Under the pieces are notes generated by a model. It did not search any database. It was not told where the DNA came from and worked only from the letters and a program-made list of their open reading frames with translations. A stretch of DNA of 64,000 nucleotides, from contig JAAOMT010000003.1 in assembly GCA_016748015.1 (NCBI GenBank), forward strand, positions 1,306,373-1,370,372, written 5' to 3'. How positions within the stretch are numbered: position 1 is the stretch's first letter; the number at the start of each line of letters is the position of its first letter. The position numbers and the translations under genes were made by a program. This DNA is from Geosiphon pyriformis uo1 (lineage: Eukaryota; Fungi; Glomeromycota). Shown here in pieces: positions 11,896 through 25,190 of this stretch.

Positions 11896-13735
11896 TAAAA
11901 TAAGTTGGTGAGTTTTTCTCGATTGTATGAAAAGTCAAGTTAATATCTCGGGGAAAAGTTTATATTGAAAAACGGTCGAAATGAAGGGTGAGTCGAAAAA
12001 GGGAAAAAGAAAAGAAGTAAAGAAGTAAAGAAAAAAGGGTTTTTTAAATTCAGGCTCGATACTGGTTCGGCAGGAAATAAAGTTATCCCTTTTTATATAT
12101 GATACTTCACTGCAAAATAAACATGATGGTTTTTTAGAGTCAAACTTTTCTGTGATATGTACGATCAGTTTGCACTGAAGAAAAAACAATTATCATCAAA
12201 ACTTGAAGAATCATTTATTAGTAGCATATGATAACATAGCATACGGTGGAAACAGTGCCTGTCAGACCTCGAGGCAAAAACGCATTGCAGGCTGGGTCGA
12301 TTGTCCATGAAACAGGTAAAGTGTCGGAGCTGGAAAGTGACACAACTTCCTAATATAGAATCAAATTACCAATCTCTACACGTGCTTTCATACTCTAATA
12401 TGAAATAGTTCTCGTTTTTACAATGTTGGAGGAGAAACTTCTAACCATTGAAATTATGGTTAATAACCCAAAACCTAAGTCTAAGTCTCTAAGGTTCATA
12501 ACGACCTGCTGAGAAATGGGGAATTTAGGATTTCAAAAAAAAAATCATGTAAGTTAATAAATTAGTTGATTGGTTAAGATGATTTTTAATGTATCATAGT
12601 TAAAAATTTCAGAATTAATTGATAAAGGAAAGTATTTTTCGGATTTCAGATAAAATTAGCTTAAAATAACTGCGGTAATGAATTGTTTCTCATTAAAAAA
12701 AAGTCGGTTTGATTATTTTTTGTTAATTAATTGGTATTAAATGCTCAAAGTGAGATTCCTGGAGTAAAAGAAATGTGATTTATTTTTGGAACCAAAGTGA
12801 AATTAAATCAAGACGAATGGGAAGAATATAATTTATTAATAATAACTTTTCGTTATTACAAAGATATTATAAAACATAGTTGAACATCATCTAACTTTAT
12901 TTAATTAAATTGTAAGAAAGAGAGAGATAAAGGATGGGCAATGTTAATTGAAGTTGATGTGCTTTTAGAATGAATAGAACATTAAACATGTTAATATAAT
13001 TGAAGGTCGCAAGATCTTGAATTTTGGGCTATTTCCCATTTTAAATTTAATTGGCCATGAATGATTTCAGATTATAATCTTGACACAGTGTTCGGCTATA
13101 TACTTTTTCTTATCAGGACTAATTTTATTTTTAATCTAAAACTAATTTGTTAAGTATTCTTTAAATATATTCTCATTTCAAAGCAATCAGAAAATCATAA
13201 TTATAATACTCTTTTTTTGCTAATATGATATTATTATCTTGAATCATGAAAAATAAAAACCTGTCAAAAAATATAATGAAAATTAAATTTATCTTGTAAT
13301 TTCATACTTGATCAATGAAATTTTATTTAAAAAATCATATCTTTTAATAATTTTAAAAATTGATTATAATAAAACATTATTTTATCAAAAGATGAATTTC
13401 TATAAATAATAAATTACTAAAAATTATATTTATGCTGATTTGATATCTCGACGCTTGCAAATCACAATAGTAAATCTTTCAAGTGTCTATTTTTTTATTA
13501 ATTGCTACTGATGTGGCAGCGACGGCGATTTTATAAATATTAATTGGAATTATTTTATTTTGTAAAGTTATACAATAGTATATGCTAAGCTAATTAAAAA
13601 AAACTGCTATCAAATAAATATTGAATAAACATATGTAAATGCAAAATGGTTTGATGATAATTATGCAAAAAAAGTGATAAGACGAAACATCCATGGGCAC
13701 AACATCATGAAAGATGAATCTTCGAAAGTCACTTT

Positions 13736-16700
13736 TTATGCCGAGGCGAAGAATCTTCCAGTTGCCACTTGATATGTAACTTCGTCAAATTCAATGAGAT
13801 CATCTTGTCGTTGTTGGGGCGTCTCACATACTTCATGACTCCTTGGCTGTGAAACAACTTCTAAAGAGATATTACTTAACAATTGTCCCTTGCACAAAAA
13901 CTTGATGGCAGCCGGTGCCGGGTTCGATACGTGTCTTGTTTCAAATCGTGCTACAAGACGTTTTCTCTCAGGCGAGGATATATCTAAATCACCTACTTGC
14001 CAAAAAATTTTTTGCTTCTCCCCATTCCAGACACCCGTTGGATTCGACTGTACGGTACCTACTTCTCCATCGACTGGTATTAGGAAAGAAAGGTCAGAAA
14101 GGGTGCCTGTGAGTTTAGATTCAGGATTTGGTTGGTAGAAAATAACTAGGGAGGTTTGATTTGGTTCACATTTCCACTGAGGAAAGACTTGAATCGGTAG
14201 GAATGAGGTTTTGTGTTCCGGATCTATATGAACTTGATATTTCATGACGATGACTGATATTCCATTCGTAAGCGAGAGCATTTCAGTATTAATATCATAT
14301 TGCCCAGATTCACCCCCTGTAACTTCTTGGAGATAAGAAGCATTGGGGGCAGCTTTCTCCAAAGTTCCAAAATTTGCAATCTTGATCCGTATGGGTTGGG
14401 TTGTTGTATGATTGGAGATGATAGTTATTTCGCCCGTTACAAAAAGTTTAGATACTTCTCCGCCTTTTACAATTATATTTAAATTTTCAGAGATTGAAGC
14501 ACGAAGTCCTTGGGAGCGTACTTCTGAAGAGTTGGATGACGACTTTTGATGATTAGCCTCTGAAAATTCAAAGGATGTTGGCGACGAAGTCGAGCTGCTA
14601 CCGATTTCATTGGGGGAAAGACGATTGTCTAGAGGAGAATCAGTAAATATGTTATTTTCATTGGTTGGCACGACGGTTCTACGGTATTGGCTCCTACAAA
14701 AATATTTGAGTAAATAATGAATATTGATTTGTTTGATAACGATAAAGAAATATTAGCTCACTCTCTTCGACCACGAAAGGTTCTACGACCCGTGTTCAAA
14801 GTAGATCTCTGGATAGCAAACATAGAAGCGATAATTTATTAGTACGGGTGTTCACACTTTTTCCAGAATCTTTCCGATAAGATGCATACCGACTGAAGTG
14901 TATTGCGGACTTGGTTTATCGCAGTTGCAGCTTCTTCTTTATTATTTTCAGGGATAGATTCTTCTTTGATTTCCAAGCGAATCCTGTCATTAAAAAAAGA
15001 GCTTGTAAAGATGTTGCTCCGTCAACTCAAGGCATAAAATTTCCAGAATTATATTTACTCAAATTAAATCTTTTGATCACCTGGTTGCTTCCGATCGGGA
15101 ATCCGAATCATCGTCTACTGAAGGATTGTAGCCAAAGAGATCCCATGGTTTTACATCCGCGGGGGGAATTGTATAACCTTCGTCGTCAACCCGCACTTTT
15201 GGCTGAGTAATCAAAAATGGGCAATTAATGAACTAATTGATATCCTTTGCAAGTTCAGATGAGACGAACAATTTACCAAGGTGCTTTCACTTGGAGGTGA
15301 ATGTTCGAATTGGTCATCAAGTTTCGTGGAGATGTTCGAATCTTCATTTACTAGGTCGGTGACATCAGACCGTGTATTTATTATATCACTAAAAAGGTGA
15401 AATGGCGCATAGTAAGTTATAAGAAAGCGGAAAATTTATTCCAAATTATGTTACATACAAGGAGTTATTGGGAACGGAAGTTTTGTGCGTATTTCTGGAA
15501 GTGGGTTGTACTATATTTTAAAATGCATCATATATGAATTATGTTCAAAAAAAGACCTTTGGACAAAAACATTAAAATTTGTAATCAAATGAAAAAATGA
15601 TTTTTAACATACACCAAGAACTTGAAGGAGAGACATATCCAAGATTAAGGGAAGATTCATCGACAAAACTTCCTATCAATAAAGTAAAGGAGTTTAGATT
15701 AGAATAAGTATTGCAAGGATTTCTTTTCAATTCATCTTGGGGTCATTTCAAATTCTAATTTTGAATCAGCGTTCCACCGACTGTAGAGAAAGATTAAATA
15801 TGAGGTACAGTAGAAAAGATGTTGATATTGTGAAATCCTAATTTAATTAAAAAATCCGCCAAGATGGGCTGGTGAAAACATCAAGTCTTATTTTCTCAGT
15901 CTGTGGACATTATGCCGCAATTAAGAAGAATGATGGATTCACAGATATATACCTTCCAATGAATGCATTCTTTGCAGGCAAAAATTTTCGATTTCACTTG
16001 GAACATCAAAAGTAAATACTAACTCAAGAGTACGTTCCGCCATCTAAAAAAAGAAAGATATTTTTAATACAATCCAATAATCTAAAATCAGATTTAGTTA
16101 ATTGATCTTACAGCCACACGCTTTTGACAAGTTTCAACTTGCATCGTTTCAAAACGCGCTATGCTTTCCTTTAGATTGATCAACCGCAATTCATCAACAG
16201 ATTGATATTTCTGTAAATAGATATTTATCAAAAACTTGGACTGCTATGAATGAAGTTCATGTAAAAACATTTCTTAACAAAAGTCAAACCTCAAGAATCC
16301 GCGGAGCCTCCTGTGACCATTCATTCTGAGTTTGCTCTAGTGCTTTTTGAGCTTCTTTAAGCTTAATCTCTAAAAGGAAGAAAATATATTGCACCATAAT
16401 CGTTACGAGATTTAAAATTTTTTCATAATATGGAATTTTCGGTTGAGACGCTTACCAGAAGCTTCAAGTTTTTTACCGGCAGTGAGTTTTTCGCTCTGCT
16501 TTTTATGCTAAAATAATTTTATGAATTGGAATTAATTGAATATTTTTATTTTTATTATGAAAATGAATACTGGATATTTTATTATAACCAGGTCGAATTA
16601 GTAGTTTCAAATACTATATAGTCAGGACGGTAGGTGATCTTCGAAAATAATGAAATCCCACAAAACTTTCGCGGAAACATTATATACCCTGTATTTACCT

Positions 16701-17537
16701 AATTTGCAGATATGGCTGATCGTACCTTGTTAACTTTTTGAAGCCTGTCTTCATAATCTTTGACTATTTTATTCATAGTAGTATCACACTGATCAATGAC
16801 ATGAAAAATAAAGTTATTACTATGTAATGAGCAATTATTAAGTCAAAATGTTAAACGTGAATTTACTTTACATATTTTGGAATTTCTCTTACATTTTTCA
16901 GTTGCAGCCACTCTTCTGAAGTAGCCTTTTCACGTATTGGTCCCTCGACCTCTTCGAGGATCTTGCTAACAAAAAGAGAATGTGTATTGGATATTTCCGC
17001 AAGCTCTTGAAAAAGCGGTTCCCAAATAGCCGAAAAGGCACTAATGATGTAAAACTAATCATTAGTTTGAGGACGAAAATAGTAGATGAGTTAATAGAAA
17101 ATATGGATCAATTTGTACCCTAGACTTGATTTTTCGCTTAAGAAATTCTTTCTTGTTAATTTTTGAAGACTTTTAACATAGTTGTCTTCAACTGATGCTC
17201 TGTAAAAAAATAGATTAAAGGTGTGAGAGTAAGAAACGTGAAAAATAGTGGATCTGGTTATATATCTGACCTTTCTCGAAAATATTCTGCCAGTTCTTCG
17301 TTAAGGGTTTTTGCTTTTCTTAGCCTTGTTTGGATCGCGTCAAAAGCTTCTTTCGGACGTTCATGCTGGTTTTAGAAATTCCGAGTAAATTTTGCAGTCG
17401 TTTTTTTTTACCATTTTTTAAATGCAAACCCTTACCAAAAAAGCCTGAGTATAATTCATGTTGACGGCTTCTTGAGTGGTATCTTTGGTGGGAGAAATTA
17501 ATGAGGGTATTTGGGTTTGTCCATTGACCAATTCCAT
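13736..17537 (-). CDS. SYP1: Muniscin family endocytic adaptor (N-terminal F-BAR, C-terminal mu-homology domain; Syp1/FCHo-like), multi-exon
   Basis: N-terminus NYTQAFL..PKEAFDAIQTRLRKAKTLNEELAEYFRERASVEDNYVKSLQKL (F-BAR). Last exon GLRASISENLN..VTGEI..MKYQV..PQWKCE..QSNPTGVW..ARF..ATGRF (muHD). Confidence 0.85.
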
Positions 17538-18114
17538 TGGAGGAAATACTATTTCAAAGTTAACGGGGTTGAAACTTGAAAGCTTTGTAGATCAATAGAA
17601 GTGCAGATTTTTTCGAAGCTGGAAAATCCGTGGTGCCTAATTTCATTTGCACATGACAATTAGCCAATTTGATGGACTAGCATTTTTTGAATGCTAATTG
17701 TAAATGAGATTGGTCATGTCATGAAATATAATTTTGAGTAGTTTATAGCAAATATTAATTCATTTATAACGATCGGCAAAACGATTTTAAAAAAAATAGT
17801 ATGCGTATCTCAATAAGGCTAAAACTGGAATAATTTTTTTAAGAATGTGAAACACAATATTTCTTTGCTGATAACCATAAATTTATTGCTCAAGCTCATA
17901 ATCAATTGTATTGACCACTTTTTTCCATAGTTTGCACAAATTTTCGAAGCGCCTCAAATTCTTTTTGCGAACTGCAAGGCCACCAGAAGTTATGGATATC
18001 TCATGTTCCAACTAAGGGATGAGATTATTTTAGCGTTAAAATCCAGATAAAGGAGAATAAATATAGAGACCTTTTTAAGAAATGCCTTCCCACGGTGTTT
18101 GTCAATTAAGGATA

Positions 18115-21100
18115 TTAAAAAAATTTTCCACTCACCAATTTCGCTTCATATTTACGTTTTTTTTGTCCTCGTTTCTTTGATTTCCCAGTTGGTGCTGGTG
18201 ACACTCGAACTTCAGCATCGATCAACATGGCTACACGTCTCATTTCCAATTCATGCTCAATTGCGTCTTGAATTTCATGAACATGTTTTTGCAGGCGAAT
18301 CAAAGAAATACTTGTGTTGTCTTCATGTTTAGTTTTGTAATCGATAGGCACTGATGGAAAAAATATATTTGAAGGGCAAATATAAACTTTGTTGTCGGCC
18401 TTTAATAAAGACAAACTCTCCTCAAGTTGGTTTGGGTGAATTCGAATAATGTTGAATCCAAACAAATCTTCGCTTAAATCAACAGGTTTCGTAGGGTCAG
18501 TTATCGGCCGGCCGTTTACGAAGAACCTATAATGGTAAATTCTATCAACTTCTAAGTCAATCGAGACTTCAAAATGTGACTGGCCTTCGAGACGAGTCAT
18601 TTCGATTTTTTCCCAATTGGAGAATGTTCCGGCTATGTAAGCTTGTTCGGCATCGTGAGTGAACTCGAATTTTTGAGATACGCTCGAATGTAAAACGGTC
18701 TACCATATTAAAATATCATGTGCATGAATGTAAACTAAGTAAGCTTTGTTTGCAAAAGACTTTAAATCATAAATAACCCGAGAATTTTCCTTGAAAGATT
18801 ATTGGAAAAGTCCCCAAACCAGAATTAACAGAAATCTAGTAAAAACGTGAAGAGCTTGTTTTGTAAATATTTTGAGGCCACTTACACGATTTTTGGGTTC
18901 AAAAATCAAGCTCCGTGGATGATTTAAATCCGTTTTCTCGCTTTCCGTAAAAAGCTCGTAATCTTGTGATTTTTTTTGGGTATCTTCTCATTTGCAAAAG
19001 AAAAATTAGCGATATTTTCATCATAAAGCTTGATATTTTTGTTGCAATACTTACCTTGTTCGCTAGAATTTTGAAAATGCGTAGCCTTTTCCAATACCTC
19101 AACATCAGGACAAATGGATGACTCCTTTCGTGAGACTTTAATTTTTGTAATTAGTAATTGATTTCCCTCGGCTCTTTCTTGGGCATTGAATTCTTCAGTT
19201 TGATGAAGGCTGGCGAATGTATTTGCTCGAGTTTCAGTGTCACTTTTCTCTAATGTTGAAAGAAAAGTTGCGTTCTTTATTTCAGAATAAAAACTGCAAA
19301 ATCGAATGACAATTCCATGGTTGTCTAAGAAATTAGACTAAATTGCTTCATTAAACCAAATTTAAAGCTCCCACACCTGCTACAGTAGCATTTTCTTGAA
19401 TTTCACTTGGATCTACAATTTTGTCAGTTTTTGATCGAGCTGAAATTTCCTGCTTTTGGTAGGGATCCCTTTCAGCAAAAACCTGTTGAATTAAGCCAAA
19501 GTCATTTTTCTCTCGAATTTCGTTTTTTCGAAGATTCTCCTCACAAATGAGATCCCTTTCTGGGTACTCATTTATTTCTTCATTTCCTTCAATGTCTTCG
19601 GAGCTCCCTGTATTTAGCTGAAGAGAAATCTCATTGTTCTGCCAAAGATGAATTGTTTGCGATGCGAGATCAGAATCATTTTCACTTTCAGGCTTTTGCA
19701 AACTTTGCTCGGTTTTTGGAAATAGAATTTGTTCAACTTCATAAGAAATTGGTTTTTTTTCTTTAACCTTGGTTTCTAGATTCTCAGATGTATTAAAATT
19801 GTCGACGGAGATGCGATTGTCAAATTCCCCGGTTTCAGCAGAGAATTCTTCAAGATATTCCTGTTTTTGGTCTTCATCGTCAATGTTTTTGTCAGCCGAC
19901 TCTTGCATAGAAGATTGTTCCTCGACGTGAATTTCATAAGGAACTAGTTCTCTTTCTTTAACCTCAGGCTCTAAATTTTCGACGAAGACGCGATTTTCAG
20001 ATTCCCTGGTTTCAAACTGCTCCTGTTTTTCACGAGCAGGGACTTCTCCAAGATATCCCTTTTTTTGGTCATCATCATCGAGATCGTTCTCAGTTGACTC
20101 CAGCATAGTAGATTTTTCTTCGACATGAACTTCATAAGCAACTGGTTCTCTTTCTTTAGCTTCAGGTTCTAAATTCTCAGGGGTGTTAAAATTATCGACG
20201 GAGACGCGATTATCAAATTTACCAGTTTCGAAATGTTCTTGTTTTTCACGAGTAGAGACTTCTCCAAGATATCCCTCTTTTTGGTCTTCGTCATCGAGGT
20301 CGTTGTCAGTTGACTCTTGCATAGGAGATTGTTCCTCGCCAGGAACTTCATAAAGAAGTGGTTCTCTTTCTTTAATCTGGGGTTCTAGATTCTCAGAGGT
20401 ATTAGAAATTTCGACAAAGATGGGATTGTCAAATTCCTCGGTTTCCAACTGCTCCTGTTTTTCATGAGCAGAAACTTCTTTAAGATATCCTTCTTTTTGA
20501 TCTTGACCGGAGACGTCTTTATGCTCAGATTCTAGGTTGGGAGGGGATTTAAAACTCTCGAGAAATATGCCGTTGTCCAAATATCGCGTTTTTGATTGTT
20601 CCTCAAAGCATTCATTTTGGGTTTTCCAAGAAGCATTGACTTCCTCTTGGTTTAAAACCTCGGCTTTAATTTCGTGAAAATTGAATTCAGTTCGCTGCAA
20701 GGATTCCCTTTCAATTTTATCAAGATTTAATTTCTCATAAAACGTTTCAAGCCCTAAATTTGATGCTAAAGCATTTGCTAAATCTTCAACATCATCAGAT
20801 TCCCTCGCTTCTTCATAATTTCCTTTATTGCCATGCAATAATTGTTGTTTTGGTATTTCAGAGGTTTTTTCGTCAATCGTTTTGAGGGTTCCCCGAGAGG
20901 GTGTATCCCGAAAGACTGATTCAAAATCCTCTCGAGATGAATTAGAATTACCTTCATGAATTAGAATTGCATTTCTTGCCTCCTCATCATCTTGACCACT
21001 TTGAAGTAAAGGAATTGTGTCAACAGAGATTTTGCGAGTTTCCAATATTTCATGAAAAATTTCCTGCTCAGAGGCTTCATTATCAAATCTCATGACTTCG

Positions 21101-21807
21101 CCTAAATCATCATTTTCGATGTCTTGGGACCAGTCAAAAGATCGTAAAAATTGCATATTTTGATCTTGTGAGGCATTTATGACTGAATTATCTGCGAGTA
21201 ATTGGGAAATAGACGGTTCTTTCTTTTCAGCGGAGTGAACATCTTTTTGTTGAGAGTATTTATCACTCTCGGAAATTTCCTCAATACGCAGACGTTTGTC
21301 TTGATGTTCTAGCATGTTGATGTAGTCAAGGGGACAAATATGCTTTTCTGGGCGCTTGATATCTTTTTCTATTTGTTTTTCACATTTAGTGAGAAAATTT
21401 TCAGTCCCGCTGCTATCCTTATTTTCAGTCGGTTCCTTCTGTTGAATTATCACCTTTTTTTTCTTTTTAAGACTCCCAGATTCTTTCCCAATATTTTCCT
21501 TCTTATCCTTTTGTATGAGTTTCTTTGATTTTTTTTCCACCTTTGAAGTAACTTCAAGGTTCCATTCTTCTGGCACCACTTCTATCCAGTGGTTGATTAC
21601 TCGTATTTTTCCTTGTGAATTAATCATGTCATCTTTCAAAATATGCGCGTAAGTATCTTTGATACTTTGGACTTTCTGATGTATTATAGGAAGATGAAGA
21701 GTTTCATATGTAACAATAGCTAGAGCCTCGCTTATTGAAAGAAGACGTTTTGACTTTTCGGTCGGGATAAAGCATGGTTTGTTTGATGATCTCTTCTTAA
21801 ATTTCAT
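18115..21807 (-). CDS. Large acidic repeat-containing protein with C-terminal AMPK-beta/CBM48 glycogen-binding domain, multi-exon
   Basis: The 818-aa first exon can be spliced in frame via short GT-AG introns (e.g. ~19326-19377) to downstream exons. The final exon reads FEFTHDAEQAYIAGTFSNWEKIEM..HFEVSIDL..YHYRFFVNG..TDP (CBM48). The one-gene model is inferred. Confidence 0.6.
19760..20510 (-). repeat. Coding tandem repeat, ~4 units of ~50-60 aa
   Basis: DQKEGYL.EVS..EKQE..ET..FDN....N..ENLEP..KEREP..YEV recurs four times in ORF 19351..21807. Confidence 0.85.
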
Positions 21808-23578
21808 TTAGCTTCAATAATATTATGTAGGATGATTGAAAGAAATAAATGATCGAGAAACGTTTATGTAAAGGCATAAAGAAAAGGTCTGCTTTATATT
21901 GGGAACTAGTTCTTATAAATCTATAAATATCAGTGATATTTGAACGATGAATTGGAAATAATTCCGTAACATAATTTCTCAATTTTCAAGTTTGATAAAG
22001 GGGATTTTTTTTACAAATTTAACCTCAGAACAAATAAAAATTGACAGTAAACCTTGATAAATTAATGAGATCATTTCTATGACCACAAGAGGAGGTGAAT
22101 AAGATTTTTTTTTATTAATTCTAAAGAAGAATTGTAATATACATTTAAATTTTTTTTGAGTATCATATAAACTGATGGGGGGAATTAAAAATATTTTAAA
22201 ATTCCTTGTGAGTAGACTAAAAAATTTCATGATTCACTTTTCTGGTCCCTTTAATTTTTGAATGAACACCGTTTAAATAGATAATTTAATTAAAATTCGA
22301 TATTTTTCAAAATTTCAAAATTCTTTTGATTAAAAAGTTTATTTTTTTTGGTTATTCAACAACTGTGGAATATTTGGTCTCTTCTTCCATCAAGATTCTT
22401 AATGAACTGCCAAATTTCAACATATCCCATCTTTCCTTTCCAATAAATTTATTAAATGGTTTTCACAGTCAATTTTAATATGAGGCCTGTAACATTCTTT
22501 AAAACATGATGGAATACTTATAAATCGAGCTCTATAAAAGCGAGGTGCAACAAAATTAAGGCTTATTCCCAAAAAGAAAAGGACTAAATAGCAAAATTTT
22601 ATCCGTTTTTATTATTGGGTATGTATGTATGTGGTCGAAAGGATATTATAGTAAAAGTTATACAATTTCGTTGGGAAATTGATTAGATTATTTATTCTTT
22701 TTACAATTAAACGCAATTAAAATGAATGAAATTGTCTTTAATAAAATTTTTTCATATCAAAAAATGAATCCGTAACATACGTATTAGAAAGGAATTATAA
22801 AAACATTATTTTTATTGTTAAATTCTATCTCCAAAAAATTTTCCTTTTAGTTGGTAAATCGTATTTTTTGTGCATTCATGTTTTTCCTCTCCTAATCCCT
22901 AAAAGACTAAAAAAAATATTTTTACCTTACTGGAAAAGGATGGACCATAGTGTCATTATTGAGTCATCGATATCCACTAAAATTTTATCCTTTGTTTATT
23001 TTGAAAATTTTTACGTAATCTTTTTATATCAAATTAATTAAAGTTCAAATTTTATTTGATATATGTTTTATGGGAAATTAAATAAAAAAGTTTTTATGCT
23101 TTTTATGCATATTATATTTTTTATTAAATAACATTGCATTAAAACTTTTTAATATTGTATCTATCTGGGTGAGATTTTCTATATGAATCAAAATTTTTTC
23201 TAGAATCTTTAAAGTCACTATAATCCCGAAAAACGATCATTCAAAAGGCTAATAATTCTTAAGTTTATTAATTTACCAGCTATTTACATCCAAAACGAGC
23301 ACAGTCTCCAACAGCTTTGAGTGATGTTTACGAAAGAACCACCTTCTCTCAATCAATCAAATCAAATCAAATCAATCAGCTAACCAACCAACCACAAACA
23401 ATTGAATCGCTAATCTCGTCGTTGAAAATATCTCAAATATAATAATAGATTTACAATACACGAGAATAATGAGAATAATGGGAATATAGATTCAAGGGAA
23501 CATCAAAAAAGGCTTGCTTTAGAAAGTGGATATGTGTCAATTAACCCTTGAATTTCTAAAAATGAGTCCGCCCATAAA

Positions 23579-25190
23579 TTAAGGCCGCTCACCAGTATTG
23601 GCTAATATGATTTCATAAAGTGAAAATATCATCGAAGCTCCAGCACCACTGTATATGACAGCTTCCGGTATGAAATCCCGTACGTCCTCTGCCCAATCAA
23701 AATTTCCAGAAGACACAAACCAAATGCAATATTGGGCAACGGCAAAAGCCAACGGGCTGACAGAATGACGATGAGGTTCAAAGTTGAAGATGTAGCCAAA
23801 TAACAGTGGAATGCTCACAAGATACGTTGAAAAAACTAATAATGGACGCCAGAAACGATGCCAATCTGCAAAGATGCTCAAATCTGGCCCCATAAAATTT
23901 ATAGGATAACCTTCGTGTCCAGTCGAAAAAGACGGAAATATCACGGTAATTACCTATGATCGTTTTAATGATTAGCCTAAATTTTTATTTAAAATTATTC
24001 GAAACAAAAACAAAAAATATTGAGAATAGAAATACCTCAACCCATTCAATTGACGTGTATAAAAAGATGCCTAGTTGCAAGGCTATGATAGTGATAGCAA
24101 ATGCTTTTGTATTAGATATGTACTGGGAAATGATAAGAAAAGTTGTCAAGTATTAGGTAAATTTTTTGAAGTACGATAACTTTATATATTAAATAAATAC
24201 CTCTCTTAATGTCACAATCTTATTATTGATTCTGTTAAGCTTGAAGATTTTGTTAATAATACTAAATCGTTCTTCAGTAATTTCAACGTCAGTTTGTCGA
24301 TTTCGAGGCGAGGTCAATAAGTAAGAATCAATTTCAGGTTCAGATGAAGGTTGAGCTTCAGCTTCACGTTCAGCTTCAGCCTCAGCTTCCTTTGGGATTT
24401 CTTCCTAATAAATGTGGAAATATGATATAATTAAATTTATCATTAATATATTATCTTTTGTCAAAATCACTACCTGGTTCTGGTTTTGATTTTGGTTTTG
24501 GTTTTGGTTTTGGTTTTGGTTTTGGTTTTGATTTTGATTTTGATTTTGGTTTTCAACGGATTCATCTGTTAACTCTTCTGACCGACTATGAGACAAATAT
24601 AATATAATATAATTCAATTGATTTTAGTAGAACCTAGTTTTTCTTCCAGTAAAGATAGATGACTGCTGCAAAAGGAAAAACAGACCTGTCCCCATTCACA
24701 TTGAATGCTTCTCTTTGTTTTTTTGTTTCAATAGGAGTCGATGACGTTTTGCGAGGAGAGAACCGACGTAGTGATCCAGATTTTCTTGATATATTTTCAA
24801 CTATTGGTTCTTCAGAACTATCCTCTTTCTGACTTTCTAAATATGCTCTATAAAGTTAAAAGGGAGCTATATATTAGAGGCTTAGAGTAAAACAAATTGC
24901 ATAAACATCAATGACGTGAAGAGAGTTTTACTACCTTATCCTATCCTCTAAATCACTCCTAAGACCTTTGGTACTTAACCCTAATTCAATGGCGAGGTCT
25001 ACAAACAACAATCACAAGTGAAACAAAGTATAAGAAGGCGGAGAGTTATTTCTAGAGCTGCGATGGGACATTCGTTGAGTAAACGAAACAAATTTAATGA
25101 CAGTTTTAAAAAAGAAAAGTAACACATAATACCTTTGAGTTCAGGCTTTTTCTTACTTTTAAGTGTAGCAAGTGTAATTGGGGAAGACAT
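23579..25190 (-). CDS. Gtt3-like membrane protein (N-terminal SAP/HeH-like motif, disordered middle, C-terminal TM segments), multi-exon
   Basis: MSSPITLATLKSKKKPELK|DLAIELGLSTKGLRSDLEDRIR (SAP-like). The C-terminus PDLSIFADWHRFWRPLL..PLLFGYIFNF..SPLAFAVA..SLYEIIL resembles the fungal GTT3 family. Confidence 0.65.
24475..24551 (-). repeat. Hexanucleotide (AAYCAA)n repeat encoding (NQ)n
   Basis: ttttggttttggttttga runs on the + strand; NQNQNQ in the exon. Confidence 0.9.

Noticed and set aside
10790-15248. ATATCCTTT U12-type 5' splice-site motifs at 10790 and 15240
   Set aside because: Both are on the + strand, intergenic or antisense to the local gene. The introns I could resolve in the annotated genes look like ordinary GT-AG U2 type.
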